The notes: generated from the sequence alone by a model not told the origin. 64,000 nucleotides of DNA from Myxococcales bacterium (GCA_016699535.1 CP064980.1:593728-657727), one strand, 5' to 3'. Positions 9,841 to 20,711 are shown, counted from the stretch's first letter. Made by a program: numbers and translations.

Positions 9841-10527
9841 ATGTCCGTAGCGCACTCCCATCATGCTTTGTGTGTCTTGCATTGTCCTTCCGCTCAGAAA
9901 AGCGTATTTGAATCGCTTTCGCACCAACATCAAGAACGGTGTTTGTTTCGTTACGAAAGCCTAGCGCCGCGAGATCAATTGCCGCCCGCTTGGTTTGAAC
10001 GTTTTGCTTTCGGACTGGTCCATTCTGGAACTGTGATTCGTCAGCGTATTGATGCCAATGGCAACGCAACCTCGGTTGATATTGCCTGCGCAGGTGCTCT
10101 ATTGCCACTTCATTGGCCTCTGTCACACACACAAGAAGATATCTCTTCCAGCGGTTACGCGGTAAGCCAGCTCAACGTATGTCTACTTCCCCTGGAATGG
10201 TTTGAAAAGCAAATAGACAGCAATCATCAAATCGAACACGATTTGCTTCGGCTGCAATCTGAAGCCATGGAACGCATGGAACGACTCGGTGACGCTCGCA
10301 ATCGTGGAAGTGTTCAAGAAAAACTGGCAACATTGCTTTGTGCGCTTGCAGACACGCTTAAGCTCGAAACGCTTTTACCGGAAGGTTTACAACAAAAAGA
10401 TCTGGCTGTGCTCCTAGGTGCTCGTCACGAAACGGTATGCCGTGTTCTAAAAGACTTTGAACAGCGCGGCGCTATCCTACGATCGAAAGATGGAATGCAA
10501 ATCGACAGAGCTTTATTGATGAGCTAG
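9841..10527 (+). CDS. Crp/Fnr family transcriptional regulator
   Basis: cNMP-binding-like N-terminal part and C-terminal HTH (QKDLAVLLGARHETVCRVLKDFEQRGAI). N-terminal Cys pair CVLHC. Confidence 0.7.
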   Translation: MSVAHSHHALCVLHCPSAQKSVFESLSHQHQERCLFRYESLAPRDQLPPAWFERFAFGLVHSGTVIRQRIDANGNATSVDIACAGALLPLHWPLSHTQEDISSSGYAVSQLNVCLLPLEWFEKQIDSNHQIEHDLLRLQSEAMERMERLGDARNRGSVQEKLATLLCALADTLKLETLLPEGLQQKDLAVLLGARHETVCRVLKDFEQRGAILRSKDGMQIDRALLMS

Positions 10528-10753
10528 TACTACCTTATCCCTCGATAGCGTATTTTCTGGGACTTCACATGATGCCGTCAGCGACGATGACTGCCAGCTC
10601 AGTAACGCAGCACACCTGAAAATCGCCAATAAGCGTCGGGTTTTCTTCTCAGCCAAAGCCCCTCGGTACGGCCCCTAACGCCGATTCCGATGTAAGTGAT
10701 TGTAGTTACACCATTAGTGTCTCCTTTTTCTTATCTTTTGTTACACTTGGGAC

Positions 10754-11140
10754 ATGTTTGGTGTGAGTTCCGGCGAGCTAATCGTCATTGCTATCATTTT
10801 GCTCATTGCAGTAGGCCCTGATCGGATGCCTACTCTTATGAAGGCGGGCGGACGTGCCATTCGCGAGTTTAGAAAAGCAGCCACCGAACTTCGCAAAACA
10901 ACTGGGATTGACGAGCTCTTAAGAGACGATGATTTTCGAGCACCAATGCGCCCACTAGCGCGTCGTCTTCCAACCACAGTTAAAGATAAACCGGTTCAAG
11001 AGCAACCTACACCAAAACCTTCTGCTCTGCGTTCACTGAACGCCGAGGAGCTTGAACAAGAAGAGCCCATCCAAGGCGTGGATGTTGCCTATCTTGAGGC
11101 CGCAACGGAAACGCCGGAGCAAAGGGAGCCTAAAGCGTGA
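10754..11140 (+). CDS. tatB: twin-arginine translocase TatA/TatB family subunit (TatB-like)
   Basis: MFGVSSGELIVIAIILLIAVGPDRMP...: N-terminal TM plus the GP-x-R-x-P hinge typical of TatB. 128 aa. 4-nt overlap with tatC. Confidence 0.75.
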   Translation: MFGVSSGELIVIAIILLIAVGPDRMPTLMKAGGRAIREFRKAATELRKTTGIDELLRDDDFRAPMRPLARRLPTTVKDKPVQEQPTPKPSALRSLNAEELEQEEPIQGVDVAYLEAATETPEQREPKA

Positions 11141-11928
11141 GCAACGAAGCTTTGCCAAACACCCCCGAGAACGAAGTGGAGATGGGATTCTTCGAGCATC
11201 TTGGCGAACTGCGCACACGCATGATCCGAGCCTTGTGGGGATTTTTGCCTTGTTTTTCATTGGCATGGATATTTAGAGAACGACTTTTGGATCTACTCGT
11301 GCAACCGCTAGTCGTGCACTGGGCCGATCGCGGCTTGGGCGAGCCCCAACTGCATTTTGCAAACCCCGTTGACCCTTTTGTAAACTACGTAAAAATCGCG
11401 CTTGTCTTTGGATTGCTTTTGGCAAGCCCTTGGGTTTTTTGGCAGCTTTGGGGTTTTATTTCGCCAGGCATGTACCGGCATGAAAAAAAGATAGCGATTC
11501 CCTTTGCCTTTGCCTCTACCTTGTTCTTCGCTGGTGGCGCCCTGTTTGGCTACTTGGTTGTTTTCCCTGGGGTGTTCGACACCTTGCTTGCCTTTGCCGG
11601 CCCCTTGCCAAGCGGCACCGTAAAACTAACGCCCACTATTATGATAGGTGAGTATCTTAATTTTGCGACGCGTTTGTTGATTGCTTTTGGTGTGGTCTTC
11701 GAAGTACCTGTTGTGGTCACTACCATTTCGCTTGCGGGATTGGTGACTGCAAAACAGCTTCTGCAATTTGGTCGCTGGTGGATCGCTATCGCCGCCATCG
11801 TTTCCGCTGCGCTTACGCCACCCGATGTCGGCTCTCAACTCATCATGCTGGGACCCATGATTGTGCTTTACTTTTTATCGGTAGGCATTGCTTTCCTGAT
11901 CGAAAAGAAACGAAAATCTAAAGGATAA
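11137..11928 (+). CDS. tatC: twin-arginine translocase subunit TatC
   Basis: 263 aa, six predicted TM helices, N-terminal FFEHLGELRTR motif typical of TatC. Confidence 0.9.
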   Translation: MSNEALPNTPENEVEMGFFEHLGELRTRMIRALWGFLPCFSLAWIFRERLLDLLVQPLVVHWADRGLGEPQLHFANPVDPFVNYVKIALVFGLLLASPWVFWQLWGFISPGMYRHEKKIAIPFAFASTLFFAGGALFGYLVVFPGVFDTLLAFAGPLPSGTVKLTPTIMIGEYLNFATRLLIAFGVVFEVPVVVTTISLAGLVTAKQLLQFGRWWIAIAAIVSAALTPPDVGSQLIMLGPMIVLYFLSVGIAFLIEKKRKSKG

Positions 11929-11936
11929 AGGATACC

Positions 11937-12884
11937 ATGCTTGCTCCCAACGCAACTCAGGTCGCTCAGCAAATCGTTGCCAATGTCAGTCGAGCGCTTC
12001 AGGGCAAAGAAGATCGTGTTGAACTTGCCGTCGTCGCTTTGCTCGCGCGAGGACACGTCCTTATTGAAGACGTTCCTGGTGTTGGAAAAACAACGCTTGC
12101 GCGCTCTTTGGCGCAATCGATTGCGGTATCGTATCGACGTGTTCAGTTCACTTCCGATATTCTCCCCGCCGATGTTTTAGGAGGCAACGTCTACAATCAA
12201 TCCACTGGAAGCTTTACCTTTCGGCCGGGTCCTGTGTTTACGCATGTGTTATTGGCCGATGAAATCAACCGTACGCCTCCTAAGACCCAAAGCGCACTTT
12301 TAGAAGCCATGGCAGAGCGCCGTGTGTCCATCGACGGTGAAACACGCGTCCTTGAAGAGCCCTTTTTTGTGGTAGCGACCCAAAATCCGCGCGAGTTCTT
12401 TGGAACCTATCCGCTCCCGGAATCCGAACTTGATCGTTTCTTGGTGCGCATTGAACTTGGCTATCCTCCGCAAGATACCGAACGCGCGCTCATCGCAGCT
12501 CAACGCAATCCGGCAGCTCACGCGGATCTCCAAGCTGTCGTCGAACGCCAAGCCCTACTGATGGCACAAGATGCTGTGGATGACGTGAGCATGCAAGACA
12601 ATGTGATTGATTACCTTCACGCAATCATACGGGCCACACGAAGCACCCCTTTACTCGAGCTTGGCGCATCAACACGCGGCGCGCTTGCGCTAAGCCGTGC
12701 GGTGCGTGCTTATGCGCTTATCAAAGGCCGAAACTATGTATTGCCCGACGACGTCAAGCGGCTTGCTCCTGCGGTTTTGCCGCACCGCATTCGTCTTGCA
12801 GGTTTCCAAGATAGCATGCCATCACGAAGCGACGCCATCGCCGTCATTGACGACTTGATGAGCCATATCCCTGTCCCTTTGTAA
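11937..12884 (+). CDS. MoxR-family AAA+ ATPase
   Basis: Walker A GVPGVGKT. Walker B LLADEINR. Typical MoxR length (315 aa) and C-terminal lid. Confidence 0.9.
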   Translation: MLAPNATQVAQQIVANVSRALQGKEDRVELAVVALLARGHVLIEDVPGVGKTTLARSLAQSIAVSYRRVQFTSDILPADVLGGNVYNQSTGSFTFRPGPVFTHVLLADEINRTPPKTQSALLEAMAERRVSIDGETRVLEEPFFVVATQNPREFFGTYPLPESELDRFLVRIELGYPPQDTERALIAAQRNPAAHADLQAVVERQALLMAQDAVDDVSMQDNVIDYLHAIIRATRSTPLLELGASTRGALALSRAVRAYALIKGRNYVLPDDVKRLAPAVLPHRIRLAGFQDSMPSRSDAIAVIDDLMSHIPVPL

Positions 12885-12887
12885 CGC

Positions 12888-13952
12888 ATGGTGAATTTGA
12901 AGAACAACTTGCGTCAACATCATCAAAGCGACGTGCATACCCCTCATCGTTCTTCAGTGGACAAGTCAATCAAAAGAGCAAAAGTGCCGCGTGGTTGGGC
13001 CGTACGCAAATGGCGCATGACACGCGAAGGTAAAGTCTTTGTGGCTATGGCGTGCATGGTTGGGCTTGCTGCCGTGAACACGGGAAATAACCTCGTGTAT
13101 CTGGTGTTTGGTTTCATGCTCACGCTCATGTTGCTAAGCGGTGTTTTGAGCGAGCTTGTGTTACAAGGCATGGGCGCCAAACGTCTGCTCCCCACACACT
13201 GCTATGCAGAAAAGACATTGTTGGTTCAGGTTGAAGTCTTCAACAAGAAAAGGTGGCTGCATAGCTATTCCATTGAAGTTGAAGAACTCGGTGCTGTTTC
13301 ACAGATTTATCTTCCCAAAATAGCCCCTCGCGGCGCGGAGCGCGCGGCCTACCAAGTCACCTTCTTGCATCGAGGGTACTGTCGCTTTGAAGGGTTCTGG
13401 CTGAAAACGCGATTCCCTTTCGGCTTGGTGGAAAAAAGCAAGTTCGTTCAAAACCAAGAAGACTACCTTATCTTTCCAAACCCGATTCCTCCGCGCTTTA
13501 TTCCGGAGCGATCGTATGAACTTGGGGACACCCAAGAGCAACAACGTAAAGGCTCCGGCAACGAAGTTTTTGGCTTGCGTGAATATGTATCGGGCGATGA
13601 AGCCAATCGCATTCACTGGCGCAGGTCGGCATCGCTCGGACAACTGGTTGTTCGCGAGCGTCAGCAGAGCAAACAAAAGCAGCTTTTGTTTGTACTCGAT
13701 CCGCTTGAGCCAGAGCACGATGCATCCGTATGGGCCGAGCAATTTGAACGTTCCGTCTCCGAAGCAACGGGGCTTGTCATGAGTGGAATCAGCCAAGGGC
13801 AAAGCGTGTGCCTAAGCATACGAGGAGATAAAAACTACTGGGCTAACCCAACAAGTGGCACAGAGGCCATCCTGACACTTTTGGCAACAATTGAAGCAAA
13901 GCAAGCCAGAGATGGCATTAAATTGCCAGAAAAACCGACAGGTCTGTCATGA
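12888..13952 (+). CDS. DUF58 domain protein (MoxR partner)
   Basis: N-terminal TM pair with NTGNNLVYLV. DUF58 core (LREYVSGDEANRIHWRRSA). Immediately follows MoxR. Confidence 0.8.
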   Translation: MVNLKNNLRQHHQSDVHTPHRSSVDKSIKRAKVPRGWAVRKWRMTREGKVFVAMACMVGLAAVNTGNNLVYLVFGFMLTLMLLSGVLSELVLQGMGAKRLLPTHCYAEKTLLVQVEVFNKKRWLHSYSIEVEELGAVSQIYLPKIAPRGAERAAYQVTFLHRGYCRFEGFWLKTRFPFGLVEKSKFVQNQEDYLIFPNPIPPRFIPERSYELGDTQEQQRKGSGNEVFGLREYVSGDEANRIHWRRSASLGQLVVRERQQSKQKQLLFVLDPLEPEHDASVWAEQFERSVSEATGLVMSGISQGQSVCLSIRGDKNYWANPTSGTEAILTLLATIEAKQARDGIKLPEKPTGLS

Positions 13953-16090
13953 TGCAGGCAAACCCATCAGCCCTGCGTTTTCAAGACGCGCACAAGCTGG
14001 TCACCTTTATGATTGCAGGGCTTGGGCTGGTTGCGCTTGGCATCGGCGATATTCTTTCACCTTTGTTTAAAATTTTTCTGTTTGTTGCCTTTATCGCAAG
14101 TTGGTTTGTTCCCAGAACATGGATTCGTTCAACCCTCTATCAGAAAAGCTGGGTGGGCGGCCTGATCGCTTTGTTTGCTGTGCAAGTCTTACGCGGACTA
14201 AGCGGTCAGAGCTTGCTCATGGTCACCGTTGAGTTTTCCGCTTTGCTCCAAATCTCCCGTCTCTTCAATCGACGTGGTGCCAAAGAAGCACAGCAAGTGG
14301 CGGTCCTTGCTTTTTTGCATTTGATCGCTGCAACTGTTCTGACGACATCGATATCTTACGCCTTGGTCTTTGCAGGCTTTGTCTTTATTTCGCCATGGAT
14401 GCTGTCTTTATCGCATCTGCGTGCCGAAGTAGAAGCGCATTATCCGGATGCTGAAAAACACGAAACGGACCTGCTTAGCAGCTTGGATCGTACGGGCGTA
14501 GTCTCTCCTCGTTTCTTAGTAGGCACCGCTGCCATGGCCTTGCCTATTTTGATTGCAACAGGACTTTTCTTCTTTGCTTTTCCTCGTGTTGGACTTGGGC
14601 TGTTTAGTTTTGGTTACGGGAAAAAACAACGCGTTGCAGGATTTGGCGGCGAGGTTGATCTGGGCGAATTTGGAGCTATTCGGAATGACCCAACCATTGT
14701 CGTTCGAGTATTTCCTGGACCGAAAGTACAAGGCATCCGTGCGGAATTACTTCGACTGCGCGGAACTTCATTTGACAACTACGATGGTCGGCGCTGGCGG
14801 CGCACCATTCAAAACACTGCCCGAGCACCGCACCGATCGGAGCTCTATCCCATCATAGGCTTTCCAGGCTCCGATGCGCTGTCATTGCGACTTGAAATCG
14901 AACCCATCGAAGAAAACGTGCTCTTCATTCCACAAAATACCGTAGCGCTCCGCATCGCTCCTCAAATTCGGCATGGCATTGAAATCTATCGACAAATTTT
15001 ACGCGGCTCAGGTCTCGAGTTCCGATACCTCAATCGACAAGAGAACGTCGTGAGGTACGAGGCCTTGGTCTCACCGTTGCTCGATGTAGTAGATATCGAG
15101 TATTTAGAAGAAGCTGAACGCTGGAAATATCTACAGGTCCCAGAAGGTCATGAGCGTTTAGTCGCGTTTGCAAAAGAGCTGAATAAAACACACTCAAGCG
15201 CTCAAGAAAAAAGCAAGGCCATCAAAGAGTATCTCCAAGACTCTCGTAATTTTACTTACGTTGCCGGCGCTGAACAAGACCCCGGCGATAAGCCTTTGGA
15301 GTATTTTTTATTTGAAAGCCATCGTGGTCATTGCGAGTATTTCGCAGCGGCACTTGCGATCATGCTTCGCGCGGTCAACGTTCCCACTCGATACGTGACG
15401 GGTTTTCTTGGTGGCCGCCGCAACGATTACGGAAATTATATTGCAGTCCGGCAAGGTGATGCGCATAGCTGGGTTGAGGCCTATATCGATAACAAGGGAT
15501 GGATCTTGCTCGACCCCACGCCCGCAGCCCGAGGCTCAGTCCAGGTTGAATCAGGTATGATGGCGCAATTTAGAGCCATGACGGATGCGCTGCGCGCACG
15601 TTGGGCCAATCACATTGTGGCGTATGACATGCGAAAACAGTTGCGGCTTTGGGATCAACTTCGCCAAGCGCTGCACAAGCTATCCAAAAAAGAGACCACG
15701 CAAGCTCCGCCCGGTGTGCAACCAAAGCAAGTAAAACACGGAACACCATCTTACGGCTGGCTGTGGCTCGTATTGCTTGTTGCGCTGATGAACACAGGGT
15801 TTGGATGGTTTCTGTGGAAAAGGCAATCGCGGAGCAAACAAAGCTCGCTCGGGCAGCAAAGAAGCGGCATTTTGTTCTACCAAAAAATCGATAAATGGCT
15901 CAAAGAGCAGGGAAATCCGCGCCCTGCCCACCGTACCCCAAGCGAACATGCCCTCTATCTTCAGAGCATTGGATTTGCGCGCGCAGAAACGGTATGTAAA
16001 CTCACTGAACGTTACCTTCTGGCACGCTACGAGGGCCAGTCGCTGTCACTGCAGGAGCAAAAAGGACTTCTTCGAACTCTCGATCCTTAG
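13949..16090 (+). CDS. transglutaminase-like membrane protein (TgpA-like)
   Basis: Multi-TM N-terminus. Cys-His-Asp transglutaminase core (RGHCEYFAAALAIMLR ... GDAHSWVEAY ... LLDPTP). ATGA overlap with the DUF58 gene. Confidence 0.85.
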   Translation: MMQANPSALRFQDAHKLVTFMIAGLGLVALGIGDILSPLFKIFLFVAFIASWFVPRTWIRSTLYQKSWVGGLIALFAVQVLRGLSGQSLLMVTVEFSALLQISRLFNRRGAKEAQQVAVLAFLHLIAATVLTTSISYALVFAGFVFISPWMLSLSHLRAEVEAHYPDAEKHETDLLSSLDRTGVVSPRFLVGTAAMALPILIATGLFFFAFPRVGLGLFSFGYGKKQRVAGFGGEVDLGEFGAIRNDPTIVVRVFPGPKVQGIRAELLRLRGTSFDNYDGRRWRRTIQNTARAPHRSELYPIIGFPGSDALSLRLEIEPIEENVLFIPQNTVALRIAPQIRHGIEIYRQILRGSGLEFRYLNRQENVVRYEALVSPLLDVVDIEYLEEAERWKYLQVPEGHERLVAFAKELNKTHSSAQEKSKAIKEYLQDSRNFTYVAGAEQDPGDKPLEYFLFESHRGHCEYFAAALAIMLRAVNVPTRYVTGFLGGRRNDYGNYIAVRQGDAHSWVEAYIDNKGWILLDPTPAARGSVQVESGMMAQFRAMTDALRARWANHIVAYDMRKQLRLWDQLRQALHKLSKKETTQAPPGVQPKQVKHGTPSYGWLWLVLLVALMNTGFGWFLWKRQSRSKQSSLGQQRSGILFYQKIDKWLKEQGNPRPAHRTPSEHALYLQSIGFARAETVCKLTERYLLARYEGQSLSLQEQKGLLRTLDP

Positions 16091-16098
16091 TCTGTACC

Positions 16099-19000
16099 AT
16101 GAGTAAATTTGCAACGCGCGCCAAACGCTTTTTTTCGGAGCGACAATACCCCGCGGTGGTACGCACTTGCCGAGAGGGGTTGCTTGAAAACTCGCGAGAT
16201 GATGAGCTGCGTTTGCTGCTGGGCATGGCTCTTATTTATCTAAGCCGATTCCACGAAGCTCAAACAGAGATGAAGACTTTGATTGAGCACGGAACGCGAG
16301 ATCACATAGTGTTTCGTGTACTCGGCGAAAGCCAGATCAATCTTGGACAAATTTCAGAAGGACTTCGTTCGCTGAAACTTGCCCTTAACCTCAAACCTGA
16401 TGATTCCATCACAGAAGATTTACTGGATCACGGCAGAGAGAACTATCCGGACATCTGGCACAAAGTAGACGCGGAATCACTTACCATTGAGGATCGGCTA
16501 ATCGACATACAGGCTTCCGAACGCACCCAAGTGGATCAAGCTCCGCAAAGCGCGGCTGCGGCCATGGCCAGTCCGCCCATCGTTCGCGAGACACGCCCTT
16601 ACGCATCATCAAAGAACACGCAGCAGTTTTATGATGATGAAGATGCCCAAACTCTGGCCCGTGAAGCTCCTAGTGCAGAACTTCCAATGGCCAAAATTTC
16701 TTCGGATGAAGTAACCACGGCTAAAAATCCAGACGAGATGTTGACCATCGACAAACAACTGTCGAGCTCAGCGATCTCACCTCCGCCCCGAGCAAAAGGT
16801 TCGCTTGAAAACCCACACTGGCTGGAAGATGCGAAGGTGAGTTACCTTGTTCGAAGCAAGGATTTTTTCATTCGTCTTAAATCAAAGCTAAGCTTTTTGG
16901 CTGAATGGAAAAAGCGCGTTAAGGCTCCTTGGAACCGAACCATGGTGTTCACCTTTTCTGCAATCACGACCCTCTTGCTTTTGGCAAGCGTGGGCGCGTT
17001 TTTTGCCTTTCAAAGTTACGTGCAAAGACACTCCTTCGGGCAGGCTATGCAAATCGTGCAACGGGCAAGCGATAACGGCGACAAGCCGACCATTGAAGAT
17101 GCCTTAAGTGCCTTGAATGCGCTCAACTCAGGAAGAAACGAAGTGCTGGCCATCAAGGCACGACTTTTCGCCACTTTACAACTCGAACACGGAGAAGATC
17201 AGCGTCATCAGATACAGGAGATGCTCGCAAGCCTTGGAAGCCGCGGTAAGGCCCTTGCCGACGCTCGCGTGGCGCTCTCTTACCTTTATCTTTCAAAAGG
17301 AGAAGTGATTGCTGCACGAAGCATTGTAGCCAATGCTTCAGCGCACGCTGAGCTTGAGCAAGCCGCTGAGGTCGCGCGCGCGCGCAGTCTCACTGCGCAA
17401 GCGGCCGGAGACACAACCCGCGCAGAGCTTGATGCCCGTGCAGCCGCTTTGAAGCGCAAAACATCTCCTCGACACGGGGCACTTGCAGCATGGCTTACGG
17501 CGCTTAACGGCGATAGCAGCGAAGCTTTAGCCAAACTGTCTGAAATTCCGGATGCACGACGCTCTCCAGAAGTTCGGGTAACACGTGCCAAAATTATCAT
17601 GCGCTTCGGATCCAATCCACAAGCTGCCAGCAGCGAGGCCGATGAAGTATTGCAAGCTCTTTCTTCGATTGCCTCTCCCATGCAAAAGGCCTGGGCTCAT
17701 TTAATAAAAGCAAAGCTAGCCTTAGACCAAGGACAAACACGCGTTGCCCTCAGGCACGCCACACAAGCTGCACGCCGTGGCCCCCAGTGGCAAGACGAGT
17801 TTGGCCTTAGCCTTGGGGAGGTTTTGGTTCGGGTTGGCGCCGTAGAACGAGCCAACGAAGTTCTCAAACACCTTCCTAATCTTGCAACCATGCCAGAGCG
17901 GCGAGCACAACTCCGTGTTGAGGTCGCGCTCAGTCTGGACGATCTTGAAAGAGCACAAGGCGCACTTTTAGCTGCTGGTCAAGGCATGAGAGCCAAAGTG
18001 CTGCGCGCTAAACTTTACGAGCTGCAACACGCTTATCCTGAAGCTATATCTCTATACGAACAGGCCATCAACGATAAGAACGAGGGCTCATGGGCTCTTT
18101 TGCAACTTGCGGCACTTGAAATGAAACGAGGTAGGGCTTCTCGCGCTATCAAATTGCTCCACGATGGCCTTAGTAAACAACCCGGTCAGCTTCAGATGCT
18201 AATGATGTTGGTTCAGGCTCAAATCGAGACTGGATCCCTTCGAGCTGCGGAAAAAAGCCTATCGGAGGGAATGAGTTTTTTCCCCGCCTCGCCTCAACTT
18301 CTTTCACTCAAAGCACTCGTTGCGTTAAGGAATGGGAAGATACACGAGGCTTTAGCCAATGCCAAAGCCGCCGTGGAAAGAGATCCCAACGATATTTCGC
18401 TCCAGATGCAATACGGCAAAATGGCACTTGCCATGGCCAAACTTCCGGAAGCACGCGCTGCGTTTTCGAAGGCTTTGGAGATCTCGGTCCACCACAACGA
18501 GGCTTGGCTCGGACTAGCACGCGTTGAAGCGACTTCCGGCAATTTTGATGCAGCATTGAATATTTTGCACAAAATAAAGGATAAAGCTGCTGACGACCCA
18601 TCTTTTTTGGACGCTGAAGCTACTGTTTTGGTTCTGATCGGAGCAGGACATTCGGGTGCAGAGACACTATCGAGTTATCAAACCAAAAATGCTCATGTTT
18701 GGACATCGCTTGCTTTTCTTTGGCTTCAAAGTGAACAGTATGCGCAAGCCAATTCCGCTTTTACGCAGGCGATACGCATGGACCCAAATCAAGCTAATGC
18801 ATGGGTGGGTTACGCAATGCTTTCTGTTGTTGAAGGCAAACTGGCTCAAGCTCGACGCTTTAGTGCAAGAGCTGAGCAATTGCTAAGGAACAAATCAGAT
18901 GCTTCAGCCTTGGCGCGTGTATTGGCGGTACGTGCACGCCTTGCTTTCGAGCTGGGTGATTTTCGTAGCGCACAACAACTAAGCAACAAGGCTATCGAAT

Positions 19001-19248
19001 ACGATCCCAATTGCAGTTGGGCACATCTCGCACTCGCTCTTGTTGCTACCGAGCGCCACAGTGATAGCAAGGCATCTCTTGAATCAGCCGCAATGGCGAC
19101 TGTGCCTCTGGCTGAGGTTTTCTCGATGTTGGCTCGAGAAGAAAATTCTCGTATGCGGCGTTGCGATCTAGCGCGACGCTATCTAAGTACTGCCCCAACC
19201 GGAGCCGACGCCGCCCAGATGCAAACCCTTGCTAAGAGCTGCTCTTGA
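16099..19248 (+). CDS. large TPR-repeat protein with one internal TM helix
   Basis: 1049 aa. N-terminal TPRs, low-complexity linker, TM (MVFTFSAITTLLLLASVGAFFAF), then many TPR-like helical repeats. Confidence 0.75.
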   Translation: MSKFATRAKRFFSERQYPAVVRTCREGLLENSRDDELRLLLGMALIYLSRFHEAQTEMKTLIEHGTRDHIVFRVLGESQINLGQISEGLRSLKLALNLKPDDSITEDLLDHGRENYPDIWHKVDAESLTIEDRLIDIQASERTQVDQAPQSAAAAMASPPIVRETRPYASSKNTQQFYDDEDAQTLAREAPSAELPMAKISSDEVTTAKNPDEMLTIDKQLSSSAISPPPRAKGSLENPHWLEDAKVSYLVRSKDFFIRLKSKLSFLAEWKKRVKAPWNRTMVFTFSAITTLLLLASVGAFFAFQSYVQRHSFGQAMQIVQRASDNGDKPTIEDALSALNALNSGRNEVLAIKARLFATLQLEHGEDQRHQIQEMLASLGSRGKALADARVALSYLYLSKGEVIAARSIVANASAHAELEQAAEVARARSLTAQAAGDTTRAELDARAAALKRKTSPRHGALAAWLTALNGDSSEALAKLSEIPDARRSPEVRVTRAKIIMRFGSNPQAASSEADEVLQALSSIASPMQKAWAHLIKAKLALDQGQTRVALRHATQAARRGPQWQDEFGLSLGEVLVRVGAVERANEVLKHLPNLATMPERRAQLRVEVALSLDDLERAQGALLAAGQGMRAKVLRAKLYELQHAYPEAISLYEQAINDKNEGSWALLQLAALEMKRGRASRAIKLLHDGLSKQPGQLQMLMMLVQAQIETGSLRAAEKSLSEGMSFFPASPQLLSLKALVALRNGKIHEALANAKAAVERDPNDISLQMQYGKMALAMAKLPEARAAFSKALEISVHHNEAWLGLARVEATSGNFDAALNILHKIKDKAADDPSFLDAEATVLVLIGAGHSGAETLSSYQTKNAHVWTSLAFLWLQSEQYAQANSAFTQAIRMDPNQANAWVGYAMLSVVEGKLAQARRFSARAEQLLRNKSDASALARVLAVRARLAFELGDFRSAQQLSNKAIEYDPNCSWAHLALALVATERHSDSKASLESAAMATVPLAEVFSMLAREENSRMRRCDLARRYLSTAPTGADAAQMQTLAKSCS

Positions 19249-19272
19249 TAACCTGAGATTCGGAACACGGCA

Positions 19273-20711
19273 CTAAGCGCCTAGCAGACCTAGCTTCCAA
19301 ACAATCACGCCAATAGCAGCAAGCAAAACGACTACCATCACCGCGAGTACTCCCATATTTTTGCCTTTAGCGTCTGCTCGAGCACTGGGACGTTTTGATG
19401 GCGGCCTAGAAAGATTAACAGGCGCCGGTGGCGTGAACGCCTTACCGGTGGTGTTCGTCTCATCTTCAAGCAAGCCCGCCAGTCCTTCTACTTTTACGTC
19501 TCTCATGGGGAAGGGTGGCGCCGAAGATTTCCTCGAGGGATCGTCATCAAGAAGGTTTTCGCCCCAATCGCGTGTGTCGATGTGACCGCCACCGGCGGCG
19601 CCGGGTTTCAGGCTTCGTGAAGCCGCCTCAAACAACCTCGAGTCAAGTGGAATGGCTCCTGTATCGGAATTGCTTGGTTCAGCCACACCAATATCGGCAA
19701 GTGGATCAGAGAGATTATCTAGCGAAGTAAACTTTTGAAGCTCGTCTTGGATGAGGCGGTCAATTGCGCCTGCAGTAGGCACAGAAGGACGTGTTTGAGG
19801 GCTAAGCGATGTCGTATTGTTAACCAGATTTGCTATATCGTAAGACGTAACTTTTCGCTGATGACTAAACAAATAACCTGCTAGCGCATCACCCATGTCA
19901 CGCGCACTTAAAAAACGCTCATCGGGATTGCGAGCCAACGAACGTTGAACGAGTTCATCTAAGGCAGAGTCAACTTCCGGGTTAAGCCTGCACAAGCTTG
20001 GCACCTGCGCCTGTTGTACAAGTTTGATGGTTTGGTAGTCGCTCTCTCCTACAAAAAGCCGTCGGCCCGCCAGCATTTCCCAAAGGATCACACCAAGCGC
20101 AAAGAGATCCGCTCGTGCATCCACTTCTTTACCGTAGGCTGCTTCAGGAGACAAATAACTAAACTTTCCCTTCACAACACCAGGGTCGGTTTTTTCAAGC
20201 TGTGTAGTGGCTTTGGCTAAACCAAAGTCGGTGAGTTTAATCTCGCCACGCCGAGTGATCATAATGTTTGGCGGAGAAACGTCACGATGAACAAGATGGA
20301 CAGGGTTTCCGTCTTCATCAATGAGCTCATGCGCATAGCTAAGACCACGACAGGCTTCCATGCAAATATAAATTGCTTCATTGGTGGGAATGGGGCGGCG
20401 TTGTTTGCGGAGATCTTCAATGATACGCCGAAGGTTTGTACCTTCAACATACTCCATGACAATAAAGAAAGTCGAGTCTGCCGCACCGATGTCGAAGACG
20501 CTTACAATGTTTGCGTGATTGAGCCGGGCTCCAAGGCGAGCTTCATCGAGAAACATTTTGATGAATTTTTTGTTTTGAGCCAGATGAGGGAGCACACGTT
20601 TGATTGCCACAGGCTTTTAAAGCCCTGGACACTAATAGCCACGCCTCGGAATACTTCCGCCATGCCGCCCGCTTCGAGGCGCTCGAGGACCTTGTAACGC
20701 TGCTCGGCCAT
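19273..20711 (-). pseudogene. Ser/Thr protein kinase, reading frame broken near 20615
   Basis: ORF 20502..20711 encodes the glycine loop (LEAGGMAEVFRGVAISVQGFK). ORF 19273..20610 continues with (P)VAIKRVLPHL..., HRDVSPPN, DFG, and a C-terminal TM. The two are joined by adding one A to the coding-strand A4 run (plus-strand T4 at 20615-20618). Confidence 0.8.

Noticed and set aside
20600-20630. Programmed -1 frameshifting as the explanation for the kinase break
   Set aside because: The zero-frame codons are TTT AAA AGC. Re-pairing at -1 would put the tRNAs on CTT and TAA, so there is no slippery heptamer in the correct phase.
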